From: Lama glama
Taxonomy: Eukaryota
Reading direction: 5' to 3'
Length of the DNA stretch: 64,000 nt
NCBI GenBank assembly: GCA_028534125.1
Contig: CM052832.1
Coordinates: forward strand, 17,052,001-17,116,000
Position 1 is the first letter of the stretch. The number at the start of each line of letters is the position of its first letter. Below, piece by piece: positions 1 to 12,230 of this stretch. The position numbers and the translations under genes were made by a program. Under the pieces are notes generated by a model. The model saw only the letters and a list, made by a program, of their open reading frames with translations. It had not been told where the DNA came from and made no database searches.

Positions 1-239
1 TCAGCACAGCGAGGGGAGAGGAGGGGCTGTGGTCTGAATCACAGGGAGATAGATGGTTGATCTGGAGACCAGAGAGCAATGGGGGATGAAGATGCCTTCT
101 GAGTAGCTCTGGGGTCAGGCTCAGGGGCCGGGCAGGGTATGGAGGAGAGGAGAGTCCTGCAGCCCTGCCAGGTGTCAGAGCTTCTCATCAAAACATCTGT
201 ATTGATTCTTCCACATGTTCATTTCTAAGGGATAGTTTT

Positions 240-1320
240 AAATTTTTTGTTTAAAATTTTTGAGATTACTTAGAGATTTACAACAAAATTGCAAAGTTAG
301 TACAGAGTTCTCGTATATCTCACACTCAGCTTCCCCTGAGGAAACACATCACCATCACAAATTATCACAGCTAATGAAGAAACATTGGTATGTTATTAGT
401 AAACTCTAAAATTTATTTGGATTTCATTAGTTGTTTTTTATTTTTCTGATCCAGGATCCTATGAAAGACATATTAAGTCCCAGTCCTGTCTCCTTCAGGC
501 TCTGTGGCTGTGACAGTCTCTCAGACTTCCTTCATTTTCAATGACCTGTCTATTGTGGAGAGGACTGCTCAGGGATGTTGTAGACTGTCTCTCATTTGAC
601 TTGAGTGACTGGTGCAAAGAGCTTGGGGAAAGAGACCACAGAGATGAAATGGCATTCTCCACACACCCAGGCTGTGTGCTCTCCGCTTGATTATCACTAA
701 CAAGTGCACCTCATCACCTGGCTAAGGTACCTGTCCCAGGTGTCTCCTTCTGAAGTTTTACTTTTCCTTTCCTACTTTCCATACTGTAGTTTTTAGAAGG
801 AAGTCACTATGTGCAGGCCGCATTTGAGGGGCACTCTGCTGTAAACATTGGTATGCAGGGTTTTCTAAAAACATGAGTTTTCAGATGAGTTTTGTAAGTA
901 CTGGAGTGATCAGCAGGTGTGACGGCGAGTCTCTGTGTAGCTTCATGAGAAACTGCTGCCCGTCCCTGCAGTGGCTGCGCTGCTTCGTGTTCCTGCAGCA
1001 GTGCCGGGGGCTTCTTCGGCTCCACGTCCTGCTCAGCGTTTGGTATTACTCATTCTTGGATTCTAGCCTTTCTCATCAGTGTGTGATGGTGCGTCATCGT
1101 TGCTTTTATTCGCACATCTTACTAACACATAATGTGGAGCATCTTTTCTTATGCATTTCCATTGATATCTCTTCTTTGAGGAGGTGTCTGTTCAGAATTT
1201 TTTCATCTGAACAATTTATTTTCATATTACTGAGTTTAACAGTTCTGTGTATATTCTAATACAAGTACTTTATCAGATACATGAATATGCAAATAAGTTC
1301 TCCCAGTCTGTGGCCTGAGC
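240..1320 (-). mobile_element. old LINE-1 fragments (3' UTR and ORF2 3' part)
   Basis: L1-like antisense motifs such as ttgcaaagttagtacagagttctc, gagcatcttttcttatgc...tcttctttgaggaggtgtctgttcaga and ttctcccagtctgtggc. Subfamily not resolved; boundaries approximate. Confidence 0.65.
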
Positions 1321-4254
1321 TCTATGACTGACATATCAGCATTCATTAATGCCTAGGGATGTTTTCCTGGGGAGAGAAATGAGAAATTGCTAACTGCAGT
1401 GTTTTCTGAGTAGAGGACCTGGGCGACTGGGAGATCAGAGGGATAAGGTGAATTACTTATTTTTGTACTTTCTTGAGTATCTTTTCAATTCTCTTGCCTG
1501 CTCATAAATAATGCTTTCAAAAGATGACATTAAAATCCCTTACACTCAGAAAACACTTGACAATCATCTTCAGATCATGTGTCAGGACGCCCATTCTGAT
1601 CCTCTACTCCAGACCCATCACCTTTTGACTGAGCTCTTCTTCCACAGAATTTCCATGACTGGAAAAGATGGGCTGGATTGTATGGAGAGTTCTGCCCACT
1701 GAAAATAGCTTAAAAGGCCATGAAAATACAAAAACCATCTTAGAAGCATCAAAAAGGTGACAAGGTACTCATAGAGGACCACGCCTCAAAAAGAAGAGAA
1801 AGATCCTGCTTGGCCTCTGCAGAGAACATGGTCCTGAGAAAAGGAGAAAAGGCTCCGTGAGTTCACCGCCCAGAGCCCGACGTGACCAGCTCTGCGTCCC
1901 CCAGTCTTGACTTTTCCTACTCATCTGCATTCCCTTTAAAAAATTTAAACAAACCTTTTAAATTCTGATTATGATGTACATGTAATGTATCATATATGAT
2001 ATAATCTATATTCAGTGTAAAACAAGTTATAATGTGTTGAAAGAGATCAATGACAAAGTAAAAAGAACTGGAATCTTCACACCGGAGATATTTTGTTGTG
2101 TTTCCTTTTTGTTTTTTATATATCCTCCTACTACTGCCCTAGTACTGGAACCTTCTCTAAGTTGATGAGCACGGACCTCAGTGGCCCCCACTCTGCACCC
2201 TCCAGATGCCATGTCCTGAGTCAGCTCACTCTCCCACCTCCTGAGAGGGCTGTCTCTTACTTCCTCCTCCCTCTGCAATCCTCTCCACTCCCTCCTAGCT
2301 CCCTAACCTTAATGGTGAACTTCTGTTTTCACTCAGAAAATGAAAGAGGACTCAGGTGAGAATTACATCATTATCCTCCCACACTCCCGCAATTACACTT
2401 GTATCCTCTTCCCACCAGTGATGATGGATGGTCCCTCCTGTGTAAGGCTGCCCCTCAGGGAGGGCACAGGATGCAGCTCCTCCGTCCCCTGTATCAGCAG
2501 CTTCCCACTCTCTGCTGCCTCCTTCATTCCTGCATACAAACATGCTATAATCCTCCCACCAAAAAGCAAAGAAAGAAAACTAAATAAATCAGAAGAAAAT
2601 TCTCCCATAAAAATCCACGACTCAATGTCCAGTTTCCTCCCAACACCTGCCCCATGTCTATGACTCTCCTTACAGAACAGTTCCCAAGTCCATTCTCACA
2701 CCTACTGAGTTATCTTTTCATTTTTAGCTAAAGGATATATGCACAGTTTTAAAAAGTAAAATACTTCTACAACACTTGATATCAAAGTTGATGTCCTCAA
2801 TCTTCCGTGTCCCTCCCAGATCTTGAACCTCACAGACGAGCTGGTCTAGCTGATTCTCTAATGGTTACTTCAGTGCCTCTAGACAGCATGCTCCCTATAA
2901 TATTCCTTATTTGTTTCTCATTTTTATGTATCACCTTTAGTTAATTGGTTCTTCTTTCATATACCCTATTCCCACAATGTAATTATAACTTATTATCATA
3001 CATTTATTGATTGTGTCATTTTGACTACCTCAATCTGCAATATTTGCATCATTATGATGATAAAAGTGCCCATCCCAAGTGAGCATTTAGTAGACTATGG
3101 TTACTTTTATTTCATTGAATGAATTTTTTATTTTCTCTGGAATTAATTATCCTTTTGTTGTACTCATTTTCAACCATTCTCAAACTCTCCCCAGAATCTA
3201 GTCTTTGTGAACGTCTTCGAGCACATCTGATATTCTGTCAACTTCCTCTCTTTGAACAGACCTGTCCCACAGTCCTCAGTCCTGCCTTGTGTGGACAGGG
3301 TCTCTGCACACGTTGGGCAGGGCTGACGCCCTGGATCCACTTTACCTCCTCCCAGACAGCCCTCTCCCTCCCTTGTTTGGCTCCCCTGGGGTCTGGATCC
3401 CATGTCTTCCCCATTGTTGATTTTCACCATCATTTTCCCCCACTTTGCCTAACAGTATCATGAGTAAGGGAACAAGGAAAGTGAAAACATAACTCTAAAG
3501 GGCCTTAGGCTACCCTAGGATGTACATCATGACTAGATATACAACTCTCTGTTGGAAATACTTTTTTTTTTTTCCTCAGACTTCGGAAGGCTTTGCTTCA
3601 GTGTTTTCTAGCCTCCAGGCCCCTGTTTGTTACCTTCTGAGGTTTTCAAGGTCTCTTCTTTTCCAACCTCTTTCTCAAATTTCAATTGATGTGCCTTGGT
3701 GTGGGTCTGTTTTCATCTAGTGCACTAAGAATTTGTGTAGGCCGTTCAAGATATAAATTTTTGTCTATAAATTTTGAGACGTTTTCTTGAATTTTTTATT
3801 TCTTACTCTCCATTATTTCTGAAACTTGTTAGAACGTCATGACTGACAGGTGTATTTTTACAGGTCCTCTCTCCTTGCCATCACTTTTTCATCTACTTAC
3901 TGGGAGCATGACTGTAATCTTCCAATTCATCTATGGAATTATTCATTTCTATGATCATATTTTCAAGAGCTCTTTTTCATTCTATGATTGAATATAATTC
4001 TATAGATTTCAGGTTTTGCTTCATATTCCATTTATCTTTTCTGTCTTTCAGATATTATTGATAACAGCGGCAGGGAACCTGTCAGGACTCCAGTTATCTG
4101 CTGTCATGGCATCATGAGCTCTTCCTCACGGCACTTAGCGCAGTCGTGCTGTGCATCTGTCTCGGTCATTTCTGTCCCTCTCCCACACAGCAGAGCCTGT
4201 CTCCCATCACCAGGGGCCTAACTGTTGTTCCCCTCCAGTGTCTCCAGATCCTGA

Positions 4255-4400
4255 TGCAAGGTGGCCTTGAAATAGACACTCCTTAAACTCTCTGAGTCTC
4301 CTTTCCCTGCCTGCACAAAGGGATCACGCAGTGACCACCTCATGGGTTTGCTTTGAGGCATAAATTGACACTGTATGTAAATCACATGGAATTACTGCCT
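4255..4400 (+). mobile_element. MIR SINE fragment
   Basis: ctctctgagtctcctttccctgcctgcacaaagggatc...acctcatgggtttgctttgagg...tatgtaaatcac resembles the MIR core. Confidence 0.55.
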
Positions 4401-5249
4401 GAGACATAGTCCGTGTTCCTCTCTTCACAGTGGCCATCATGACAGTGATTGTAGCATTGAGATTGTTTCCACTTTTTGCTTCTATAAAGCACAATTCAAG
4501 ATATATCCTTGAATATCTATTTTTGAGAACATGTGTGATTATCTTCTTGGGATAAATTTCTAAAGGAGAAATTTCTGTGTCAAAATGGAGACATACTGAA
4601 TATATTGTGACATTTTGCAAAAGTGACCTTTAAGATTTCTACATGAGTTTTCAATCCCATCACTCTTTTTGACAGTCTGTTCTCCCTCAGTTCCTGTCAA
4701 TCCTCCCCTCATTCACTTTCATCTTTGCCAAGATGATACATTTTAATTCATTCGTGTTTCTTATGCCACATTTTCATTTTTGTTTACATTTATTTATTAC
4801 TAATATATGTGTTTAACATTTGCATTTCTTCTTTTCCAAATCATTCTCATATTCTTTTTTGGGGGAGGGGGTGTGGTTATTTTAAAATATTGAATTCGAG
4901 ATGGACAAAGCAGCCTCCAATAACAGGAACTGGTCTGACACTTACACGGGCCTCAGTGTTGTCAGAAGCGGGGCTGATGCTCCCTACTCGGTCGTGTTAT
5001 TTCGCTGTGGAGATCAGTCATCTCACAGAACATGGACTTCAGACAGAGACACCTGAGACCATGACACAGTGAGACAAGATAAGAGCAGAACATGATTCTA
5101 AGCACAGACCACATGAGGCGGCTCTGTGTCCCTCACTGTGCACCAAACCTCTCCCTGTGCTCCTACAGCGACCACTGCTTCTGCCCTGTTACAGCTGTAT
5201 CCTCTCACCCTATGGGTGAGATTCAATCAGATGCCCAGTCAAAAGAATT

Positions 5250-6195
5250 TTCATACCATTACTAAGATATTATTTGTCTTCTCACTATGTTGACATCTAC
5301 TTTGAGTTACATTTTAGAAATAATGGAGATTATGGAAGCAAACTGCAATACTAATTATTTTCACAACTTACTTCCAGGAAAAAAAAAAAACAGGTTTGCT
5401 CTAAAACATCCTGGTTGAAGCATTAAAATTGTTATTATTCCTAAATCATAATGCTTAAAACACTTTTTAAAAATATCTTCTATGATGACATGAGACGTAC
5501 ACATCAACCACTTCTGCTACATTTCAAAGTACTGTGTTCCATCTGAAGTAATCTGTGTGAAGTGAAATACCCTCTTTTTTATGGAATCCTACTTGTACTT
5601 GAAAGACTGAATGATACTGGAAGATCTATATAATTTTGTGAAACAATGTATTACTTTTTAAAATCTTCCATTAGTACAAGAGATATTCAGTGTGTAAAAA
5701 AGGCTTGTGGATTTTAATGTAACAGATAGGAAATATTCACTGATACTGTTTCAGGTCCACTTTGCTAATAACTTTTGACAAACTACCACGTGTGTAGTTT
5801 TAGTTTAGTATCAAAGAGGACCATCCACAATGATCTGAAAAGGTTATTAAAAATGCTACTCCTATGTATGTGTGAGACTTCAATCAAAATAACAGAATAA
5901 ACACAGCAGCAAACATGAAAATCCAGTGGTCTTCTAATGAGACAGACTAGAAATAGACTTGCAAAAATGTAAAAAGCACCACTATTCTCTCTCCGGTGAT
6001 TATTTTGGGAAATTATTTTTATATTAAATGCATGGGTTATTAATATTACTCTCAATAAATTAAATTAAAATTTTGAATATTATTCCTACATGCAAAATAT
6101 CGATAGATGTAGCCACATGCACAAAATCAACCTTGGGGTCCACAGTTATTTGTAAGATTGTATAAGTACTATGACAAAATGTTTTGAAAACCGCA
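5250..6195 (+). mobile_element. hAT-Charlie (Charlie1-like) DNA transposon relic abutting the class I promoter
   Basis: aaatccagtggtcttcta...gacttgcaaaaatgtaaaaagcaccactattctc resembles the Charlie1 transposase 3' end; terminus-like gttttgaaaaccgc near 6181-6194. Left boundary approximate. Confidence 0.6.
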
Positions 6196-6334
6196 AACTG
6201 ACACAGCCCTGGGCCAGGACCCAGGGAGACAGTGTGACAAGGAGCTCTCCGGGCAGGAGGGGAGGGATCAGGGCAAAGTCCCAGGTCCCCGGGAGGGCGT
6301 GGCTCTTGGGGTCTCGCCGAGGGCGGGATCTGAG

Positions 6335-6480
6335 GTGGGGACGCTCGGTGCTGGGGGTTCCCCATCTCCCCTGGCCTTCCTGCCTGGACACTCGTGACGG
6401 AACCCAGTTCTCACTCCCATTGGCGTCTGGTTTCTAGAGAAGCCAATCAGCGTGACCGTGGTTCCCGGTTAATAATGTCT
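6335..6480 (+). promoter_or_regulatory. MHC class I proximal promoter (enhancer A variant, X1/X2, Y box, CCAAT, TATA-like)
   Basis: GGGGGTTCCCC kB-like site 6353-6363; X2/CRE CGTGACG 6393-6399; inverted CCAAT Y box ATTGG 6419-6423; CCAAT 6443-6447; TTAATAA 6469-6475. Same order as the HLA class I promoter. Confidence 0.85.
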
Positions 6481-6528
6481 GCACAGACCCGCCTCCAGTC
6501 AACTTCTCTGACTCTAAGTAGGTGGGTC

Positions 6529-9500
6529 ATGACTCCCGGAACCCTCCTCCTGCTGCTCTCGGGGGCCCTGGCCCTGACCGAGACCCGGGCGGGTGAGTGC
6601 GGGGTCGGAGGGAAAGGCCTCTGCGGGGGAGAAGCGAGGGGCACGCCCGGGGACAGGAGGGCAGGACCCCCGGGGAAGGTGAGACGTCGCTGCCTTCCTC
6701 CCAGACCCATCACCGCATCTGGATCCCGTCTCCTCTCTCTCCTGCTTCCCGCCCCCTCTTCTCTCCCACAGGATCCCGACCCTTCTCCTACCCGCGGCCA
6801 GGTTTCCGTCTCACACGCCCTCGTAGCCCCATCCCAGCCCCATCACCTCGGACCCGTGTCCCGGCCGAGAGGAGGGTCGGGCCGGTTCTCACCCCTCTCC
6901 GCCCCCAGGCTCCCACTCCCTGAGGTATTTCCACACCGCCGTGTCCCGGCCCGGCCGCGGGGAGCCCCGCTTCATCTCCGTCGGTTACGTGGACGACACG
7001 CAGTTCGTGCGGTTCGACAGCGACGCCCCGAATCCGAGGATGGAGCCGCGGGCGCGGTGGGTGGAGCAGGAGGGGCCGGAGTACTGGGAAGGGGAGACAC
7101 GGATCTCCAAGGAGAACGCACAGACGTTCCGAGTGGGCCTGAACATCCTGCGCGGCTACTACAACCAGAGCGAGGCCGGTGAGCGGCGCGGGCCCGGGTC
7201 CAGGTCAACGTCCCCATCCCTAGGGACGGGGCGGGATCCCCCAAGTCTCCGGGTCCGAGGGTCACCCCGACATTGCGGGACCCGCCCGGCCCTCGACCCG
7301 GGAAGAGCCGGCGGGGACTTTGACCCGGTTTCATTTTCAATTGAGGTTTAATCACTGTGGGGGGCGGGGCGGGGTCAGGGTCTCACACCGTCCAGATGAT
7401 GTACGGCTGCGACGTGGGCCCGGACGGGCGCTTCCTCGGCGGATACAGACAGTTCTCCTACGACGGCGCGGATTACATCGCCCTGAACGAGGACCTGCGC
7501 TCCTGGACGGCGGCGAAGGCGGCAGCTCGAATCTCTCAGCGCAAGTGGGAGGAGGCCGGTGCCGCGAAGCAACTGAGGAACTACCTGGAGGGCGCGTGTG
7601 TGGAGTGGCTCCTCCGATACCTGGAGAACGGGAAGGAGACGCTGCAGCGCGCAGGTACGAGGGGCCGCGGGGCCTCCACGGCCTCCCCTGGGGCTGGAGC
7701 TCGGATCCCACGAGGAGGGGAGACGGGATCCTGCGGGAAACCGCCCCGGCTTCCTGCTGCAGAGGGAGGGGTCCGCCCAGGTCCCCATATTCTGTACAGG
7801 AGAGCGACTGCAGCGGCCCGATTTCTCTAAAGGACAGTTAGGAAATCCAGACTGTTTAGGATAAAGAGGGGGAGACTGTCCCTGAAATAACTGACCGCCG
7901 GTGCCCTTGACCCCAGCCATCATCTTGTGAACCAGGGCTTTATCTCTCAGGTTGTTCTCAGCTCAAGACCCTGTTTGATCCTGACTCCAGCTTTCCTGAG
8001 TCATTCATCCTCCTCCATTGTAAACAGGACTCTGTATTCCCACCCTTACAGCCCTGGAGCCTCCTATCTTGTCTTTCATTCTGATTCTTAAACATTCCGA
8101 GGACCAGGAGATACTCCCAGACATCCAGATGCAGGCTGCTGTCCCGGGTTTGTGCTTCTTTTCAAACCCATCATCCTGTCCAGTCTCAGGATGGTCACAT
8201 GATGCTGTTTCAGTGGCTCATGGAGGTAACCCAGAGTGAGAAGTTTCTGATTCTTTTTCTTCAGACCCTCCAAAGACCCATGTGTCCCGCCACCCCATCT
8301 CTGACCTTGAGGTCACCCTGAGGTGCTGGGCCCTGGGCTTCTACCCTGCAAACATCTCACTGACCTGGCAGCGTGATGGGGAGGACCAGGCCCAGGACAC
8401 GGAGCTTGTGGAGACCAGGCCTGCAGGGGACGGGACGTTCCAGAAGTGGGCGGCCCTGGTGGTGCCTCCTGGAGAGGAGCAGAGATACACGTGCCACGTG
8501 TAGCACGAGGGGCTTCAGGAGCCCCTAACCCTGAGATGGGGTGAGGAGGGACACGGGGGTGGAGCTTCTTCTTAGGTAAAGCAGAAGCCCTTCTGGAGAC
8601 CTTCAGCAAGGCCAGGACTCAAGCCTGAGATCAGGGCCCTTCCCTTCTCTTTGCAGAGCTGCCTCCTCAGCCCACCGTCCCCATCATGGGCATCATTGTT
8701 GGCCTGGTTCTCTTTGTGGTCACTGCAGCTGTTGCGGCGGAAGTTGTGATCTGGAGGAAGAAACACTCAGGTAGGGAAGGGAGGAGGGGAATTTTAGTTT
8801 TCTTGTCTCACTGGGGATTCAGGCCCAGGTAGAAGTTTGGCTGCCTTGTTATTGGGAGGTACCATGTGACACACACACTTGCCCATCTGGAGCTGAGTGC
8901 TAGCACTTACTCTTTGTAAAGCACTTATGAAAATGAAAGACAAATTTCTTAACTTGATAATTCTAGGTTGGGGATCAGATTCACAGCAGTCAAATGTCAG
9001 AAGGCTAGACCCCCACTGAGGACAGGCCTCCAGGACGACAGCTGATCCAGCCCCCCTACATCTCCTTTCAGCATGTTCCTGAACCTGTCCTGGATTTTTG
9101 GTCACAGTTCTGGAAAGTTCTCTGTGGTCCAGGACAAGGGGTTCCTCTCATGACTCAGGCTTCTTCCCTGGCCTCACACAAGATGTTTTCTTCTGACAGG
9201 TGAAAAAAGAGGGAACTATGCTCAGGCTGCAAGTAAGTATAAAGTGAGTGTGGTTCCTGAGACCCTTGTGATGGTGGGGCCAGGAGGCCATCAGGGAAGC
9301 TCACACCCCTCAGACTTTATTCTCTAGTTTCTCTCTTGTGGGTTCTGACCACGTCCTGGTTTTGTTCTCCCTCAGGCAGTGACAGTGCCCAGGGCTCTGA
9401 TGTTTCTCTCACGGATCCCAGGGGTGAGACCCTGGAGGGCCTTGACTGGGAGACGGGTTAGGGCAGAGGGGATGCCCTGGGCGTGGGGATTCTCTGAGTG

Positions 9501-9592
9501 GGACATTTTGGGCATATGGGGGGCTGTTGAGAATGTCAGCACTTCCATGACTGACCTGAACTGGCTCATGATTCTTTTCTTTCACAGTGTAA
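6529..9592 (+). pseudogene. MHC class I heavy-chain gene, 8 exons, with a premature stop in exon 4 (null allele, young pseudogene or truncated form)
   Basis: Exons with GT/AG boundaries: 6529-6592 leader ([21 protein letters not shown]), 6909-7178 alpha1 (270 nt, GSHSLRYF...YYNQSEA), 7379-7654 alpha2 (276 nt), 8265-8540 alpha3 (276 nt), 8657-8770 TM, 9200-9232, 9376-9423, 9588-9592 (V-stop). In-frame TAG at 8501-8503 replaces Q262 in CHVQHEGL. C101/C164/C203/C259 and the N86 sequon are retained. Confidence 0.93.
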
Positions 9593-9958
9593 GACAGCTG
9601 CCTTGTGGGGGACTGAGTGAGTCCCACTTTGTGACTTCAGATCCCCTGACTCTTCTTTCTGCAGCTGCACCTGGATGTGTCTGTGCTCCTATTAGCACAA
9701 TGTGAGGAGGTGGGGAGACTGGCCCACCCCTGCCCCCTACACCCCTCCCCACCCTGACCTGTGTTCTCTTCCCTGGTTGACTTTCCTTTTCCAGCAGAGG
9801 CAGGGCTGGGTCATCCCATCTTATCTTTGTGTTGTAACTTAGTAATAGTATCTTACTTTCCTAATGAGAATGAATCTGGATATGAACTTATTTTTTCTAA
9901 TCAGTGCAAGGGTTTTGAAGGGTAGTAAAGGTGAGGATTCCTAAAGATTGAGAGAGGA

Positions 9959-9964
9959 AATAAA
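9959..9964 (+). terminator. poly(A) signal of the MHC class I gene
   Basis: AATAAA about 370 nt after the normal stop, in a context (gagagaggaaataaa...ttccagaa) resembling HLA class I 3' UTR ends. Confidence 0.7.
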
Positions 9965-10859
9965 TGGAACCACTGAAGGCTTTCCAGAATCTCTATGTTT
10001 GCTGTGCTGAGTCTGTCGTAGGTGGGACAGAAGGCTGAGGTGGTGAGTGTGGATGGGGCCTGTGCCCAGTCAGTGCTCAATACCTTGTGGGCTTTGACAT
10101 GGTCACTGCTGGGCTGGGTCACCTCCTCTGCCCCTTTGTCTTTGTCTCTTCGGTAGAACCTTGTCCAACCAGGACCTGTGATCACAGGGGCTCAGACAGC
10201 ACCTGGGCTTTGTCCTGTTTCCAGGACCGTGGGCAGTAGGGCTTCCTGTGACCAGGTCAGCCCAGGCTCAGGCTGGGTCCTGCCCCCGGGCTCTGTCTTT
10301 TTTGTGTGTTTAAATTTTGCTTCTTTCGTTTTTGTTTTTTTTTGTTGTTGTTTTGTTTGTTTTTGTTTTTGAATTATGACTGTTCTTTTTCATGTGTAGA
10401 GTTCTGGCCTCATTCTGCTCTGGGTGTCCCCCGTATCTGACACCAGAAGGAGTCTTTTTCCCTGTCATTGTCCCCACAAGTCCTAGGGGGCCCTGTACAC
10501 AGGCTGTCAGTGGTATCAAGAGATAAATTCTCAGCTTCATCCAGCCCTTGCCTTCCTTCTACGGCTGTTTCCTTGATTCTTTCCCCCTTGTTTTTAAGGA
10601 GCCAGATTCTGGAATTAGCAAAGAGGAGGGACCCCAAAGTTTCCCATCTTCCTTTAATTCTTGCTGGATTTCTGTCTTCTCCGCAGCCTGCTCCCTCTCT
10701 CTGCCCTTAGATCTAGTAATCCTAGTGCTGGCTTGAAACCCAACTCAAGGATTATAGAGCAGATCTGAGGTAGATTCACAGTAGGTTGGGATAGAGGACC
10801 CATAAGCATAGGATCATCTTCTCTGAGGAGACAAACATCATTGTGTGTGCTGTGGAGAT

Positions 10860-11040
10860 AGGTGGCTGTGGGGTGGAGGGGAGATCATCATTTGTGAGAG
10901 ACAGAAAAATGCTCTGGGGGATGAAAATGTTCCAAAAATGACTGTGGGTATGGTCACACCTCTCTGTGAATATGCTAAAATCAATTCTTTCCAATGGTTG
11001 AATGAGATATGTGAATTATATCTCAATAAAGCTGTTTTAA
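10860..11040 (+). mobile_element. LINE-1 3' end fragment
   Basis: ggggatgaaaatgttcc...ctgtgaatatgctaaaa...tatgtgaattatatctcaataaagctgtt is typical of an old L1M 3' end. Confidence 0.7.
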
Positions 11041-11099
11041 CAAAAAGTTCTGGCCCCACATCACATGAAGCAGAGTTGGGAGAACCACAATGGTGGCTG

Positions 11100-12230
11100 A
11101 ACAGAAAGACATGAAAAAGCTCAAGGGAGTGGACATGCCAGCATAAAGTGAAACTGAAAAAAACCCAGGAGACTGTTTCCTAAAGGAAACTTTCTCAGGC
11201 AATAGGACTGAGCAAGTGAGCAGAATAGTAACCTCAAGGTGTCTGTCCTTTGTAGGCGGGGACTGACTCTAGGAGCTAATATTACAGCAGCTACGGGGAT
11301 AATAAGGTCCCAGAAGTCAGAGGACAGGTGACAGCAAGACAGAAACCAGGACTAAATCCCTAAATAACCAACAATATTAAAATGGAAGCAGCAGATTCAG
11401 ACTACAAGAGCTTTCTAAATGCTTAATATATCCTAGTGTTGCTGGGGGCAAAGTGGATGGATAGCCAAGAAGAGTGCTGTGAAGTGTAATAGATAAGAAT
11501 AACGAATTTTAGGCTGAGATGAGTTCCCTGATAGAAAGTTACCATCTGTTATCCACTTTCAAGACCTGAGCCAATTCTCAGACCCAGAACACACTGGCTG
11601 AAGTTAGCCGAAGTCCCTTGAGGAAATACCCTGCAATACATGGCCACTGTATGCGGTAGGAATTCCCCACATCCTTCCATGTAGGGACCGATGGCCATTT
11701 TTAAGATTTCCATTCACTGTACAAAGGAATATCTTGGTCCCTTTATGTCTACTGTACACAGAGTTCAATTGGACACTGATACCTGGGAACCAAAGTACCA
11801 CCATGAACCCCCATTAGAGGAGAAGCTTTTGGGGAACAGGAGGACATAACTCAAGTCCTGTCTTAGGTCCACCCTTATCTCAGTGGGTTCTCTGTCTCCA
11901 CACGTCCACTTGGTGGGAATTTCCTCAGTTTCCAAATATGTCATTGGAGGGGACATACGTAGAGTTGGCCAGAATCCTCATGTTGGTTCTATGACCTTTG
12001 AGGTAAAAGCTTTTAGTGAGTAAGGCCAAGTGGAGCCTCTGAAAAAGCCTCCCAAGCTCAGCCAAGACAGAACATTAAAGACAATGTTGTATCTTGGGGG
12101 TAAGTCTCCTCAGAGACTTACAGGATGGGGGAGGGGGATGCCCTCACACAACCACTTGATTCACCCCTGAGGTTCTTGCAGAAACGGGAAGGGTCATGGC
12201 CAATGGCAGTGAGACAGCGCTAACTCAGCA
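11100..12230 (+). mobile_element. ERVL-class internal relic (HERV16/ERV3-16A3-like)
   Basis: Motifs gacctgagccaattctcagacccagaac, acactgatacctgggaaccaaag and ccagaatcctcatgttggttc...aaggccaagtggagcctctgaaa resemble the degenerate ERVL gag-pro-pol region. No intact ORF. Confidence 0.55.

Noticed and set aside
6394..7923. Long overlapping ORFs on both strands (for example 6394-7182 and 7375-7923)
   Set aside because: Intron read-through and shadow frames of the GC-rich class I exons 1-3.
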